NCBI GenBank assembly: GCA_965203965.1
Contig: CBDBDR010000017.1
Coordinates: forward strand, 800,001 to 864,000
Origin: Thermodesulfobacteriota bacterium
GTDB taxonomy: Bacteria; Desulfobacterota_D; UBA1144; Nemesobacterales; JAJCZQ01
Length of the DNA stretch: 64,000 nt
Direction: 5' to 3'
The translations under genes were made by a program, and so were the position numbers. Each line of letters opens with the position of its first letter. Within the stretch, counting starts at the first letter, position 1. Positions 62,629 to 64,000 of this stretch are shown one piece after another. The notes beneath the pieces are model-generated. The model saw only the letters and a list, made by a program, of their open reading frames with translations. It ran no database searches and had not been told where the DNA came from.

Positions 62629-62731
62629 AAGCGGGTTTTGCCAATAGAGTAAGGTGATGATTTAACAATTACCTCAAACATCACCTATCAAATAAGGTGA
62701 CACCACTCGACTGATCAGAAACGATTGCAAT

Positions 62732-63067
62732 CTATCCTCGCATCTTACATCTGTCGCAGGAGCAGTTATTTCTTAAAAGAACAAAAGTGTATATACCGGT
62801 ATTATGCCCGTCACTCCAGTAAAATCTTATTGCATAGTGGCCCACTTTTTCAATCTTCAGGGGTCGTATGGGTACTTCTCTCTTAAAAGACGGTCTGGTG
62901 CTACCTGTTGTATTATTTCTACTTTTATTTTTTACCTTGCTGCAACCTGCACATGGACACAGACTCCTTAGATCTTCATATAGATATATACTTTCGTGTC
63001 TATCTTGCCAAAGAATATGAAGAGCAGTATCGCTGAATTCGGTCAATTCTTTGATCTTATATTGCAT
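62732..63067 (-). CDS. DUF971 / gamma-butyrobetaine hydroxylase-like N-terminal Zn-binding domain protein
   Basis: W.D.H, LRSLCPCAGC, VGHYAIRFYWSDGHNTGIY. Confidence 0.85.
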   Translation of the reverse strand: MQYKIKELTEFSDTALHILWQDRHESIYLYEDLRSLCPCAGCSKVKNKSRNNTTGSTRPSFKREVPIRPLKIEKVGHYAIRFYWSDGHNTGIYTFVLLRNNCSCDRCKMRG

Positions 63068-63105
63068 GACACCTCACCTTATAGAATACCGTTTCTGGTT
63101 AAACA

Positions 63106-63140
63106 GTTTTATTGATAATAAAACACCAAGATAGTATAAT
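63106..63140 (+). promoter_or_regulatory. Sigma70 promoter of the sirtuin-like gene with 8-3-8 palindrome over the -35
   Basis: TTGATA (63112-17), 17 nt, TATAAT (63135-40); GTTTTATT-gat-AATAAAAC at 63106-63124. Confidence 0.55.
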
Positions 63141-63149
63141 CAAACCTCA

Positions 63150-63908
63150 ATGAAACAAGAATATGAAGCAGTCTCTGCCGTCATAAGTTCTATAAGTTCT
63201 TCATCCAACATAGTATTTCTCACGGGGTCGGAATTCCTTTTTGATTCGAGTATACCCGACGTTACAGATATGGGCTTCAGCCCCGATATAAGAAAATTCA
63301 AAAACAGCACTGAAGTCAGACAGAAATACTGGAAAAAACTCAAGGAATATTACCCATTGATTTCTTCTGCTGCACCGACACCAACCCATGAAGCAATTTA
63401 TGAATTAAGCCTACTTTCAAATGTGAGTTGTATAATCACGGAAAACGGAGATGGGCTTCACCAAAAAGCTGGCAATAGCAACGTAATTGAAATTCACTCC
63501 AACATTCACTGGGCGACCTGTCCAGAATGTGGTAAAGATCAACCAATGACAGAGGCGCTTGACCAACTTGAAAAGGGAAAAGAGATTCCAACGTGTACAA
63601 TCTGCAACAATGACCTGATCAAGCCACCCATATCATTTCCAGGACAACCTTTTCCACACTGGGAAATGAGGGAAGCATGGATCAGACTCCAGAACTGCGA
63701 CTTGCTGATCATAGTAGGAGTCAATCTGGAAAATGAACCAGTGGCATCCTTTCCATTTCAGGTAATGAACAAAGGAAATAAAGTTGTAATAATCGGTGAG
63801 ATGGAAACACCTGCTGATGAATACGTAACCATTGTTATATATGGGAAACCAAATCAAGTTATGCCTTACATATCAAAAGAACTAAAAAAGCAAATACCTA
63901 TTTCATAA
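63150..63908 (+). CDS. Sir2/CobB-fold protein with degenerate NAD-binding motifs
   Basis: Sirtuin layout (IVFLTG, IPD, APTPTH.A, DGLHQKAG, CxxC...CxxC, KP.I.F) but GAG, QNID, HG and GTS motifs are altered. Confidence 0.8.
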   Translation: MKQEYEAVSAVISSISSSSNIVFLTGSEFLFDSSIPDVTDMGFSPDIRKFKNSTEVRQKYWKKLKEYYPLISSAAPTPTHEAIYELSLLSNVSCIITENGDGLHQKAGNSNVIEIHSNIHWATCPECGKDQPMTEALDQLEKGKEIPTCTICNNDLIKPPISFPGQPFPHWEMREAWIRLQNCDLLIIVGVNLENEPVASFPFQVMNKGNKVVIIGEMETPADEYVTIVIYGKPNQVMPYISKELKKQIPIS

Positions 63909-64000
63909 GATTATCTCCGTATAGTAATGGCAATCAATAAAAAATCTCCTATTAGTAAACCAACTCAATACGTTTCCAATACGGACAAGGATATATACAC

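Noticed and set aside
62652..62700. AGGTGATG/CATCACCT inverted repeat plus a second TAAGGTGA as an ncRNA or mobile-element end
   Set aside because: Short, lies between convergent genes and is adequately explained as a terminator-like hairpin; no associated transposase.
1..64000. tRNA, rRNA, CRISPR array, prophage or IS element
   Set aside because: Intergenic gaps are short and show no cloverleaf or repeat-spacer pattern by eye, and no ORF has integrase, transposase, Cas or phage structural motifs.

Overview
Chromosomal window from a low-GC (roughly 38-40% by eye) diderm bacterium. Gene order (prmC-murA-hisG, PASTA-bearing FtsI, DUF4911-murJ opposite mraZ) looks deltaproteobacterial/Desulfobacterota-like, but taxonomy is only inferred. 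Most of the window is housekeeping: glcF (5'-truncated), HU, an RND pump pair, two cysteine desulfurases, cofE, trkA, recJ, aroQ, murJ, a full mraZ-ftsZ division/cell-wall cluster lacking ddl, rsfS-nadD-ribD-ftsY, a HemQ/Cld-family protein, catalase, hisG-murA-prmC, yggS-proC-yggT, aroF, rimI, methylmalonyl-CoA mutase with meaB, a cytochrome c-FTR1 iron permease, queC-queE and a motif-degenerate sirtuin. I found no rRNA, tRNA, CRISPR array, transposase, integrase or reverse transcriptase. The standout is 48.3-52.6 kb, a locus of three paralogous, extremely acidic lipoproteins with cadherin-like domains. It contains a recent tandem duplication. Its non-coding and pseudogenised pieces are still about 95-100% identical, yet the two lipoprotein copies have diverged almost entirely by amino-acid-changing substitutions (hand count: 49 nonsynonymous vs 9 synonymous-only codon differences over 133 aligned codons). 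This suggests a rapidly diversifying surface-protein locus. Secondary points: a lone DUF262/HNH defence-type gene between catalase and hemQ, a probable pseudo-sirtuin, and several promoters whose -10 element sits only 8-11 nt before the start codon (probably near-leaderless mRNAs).
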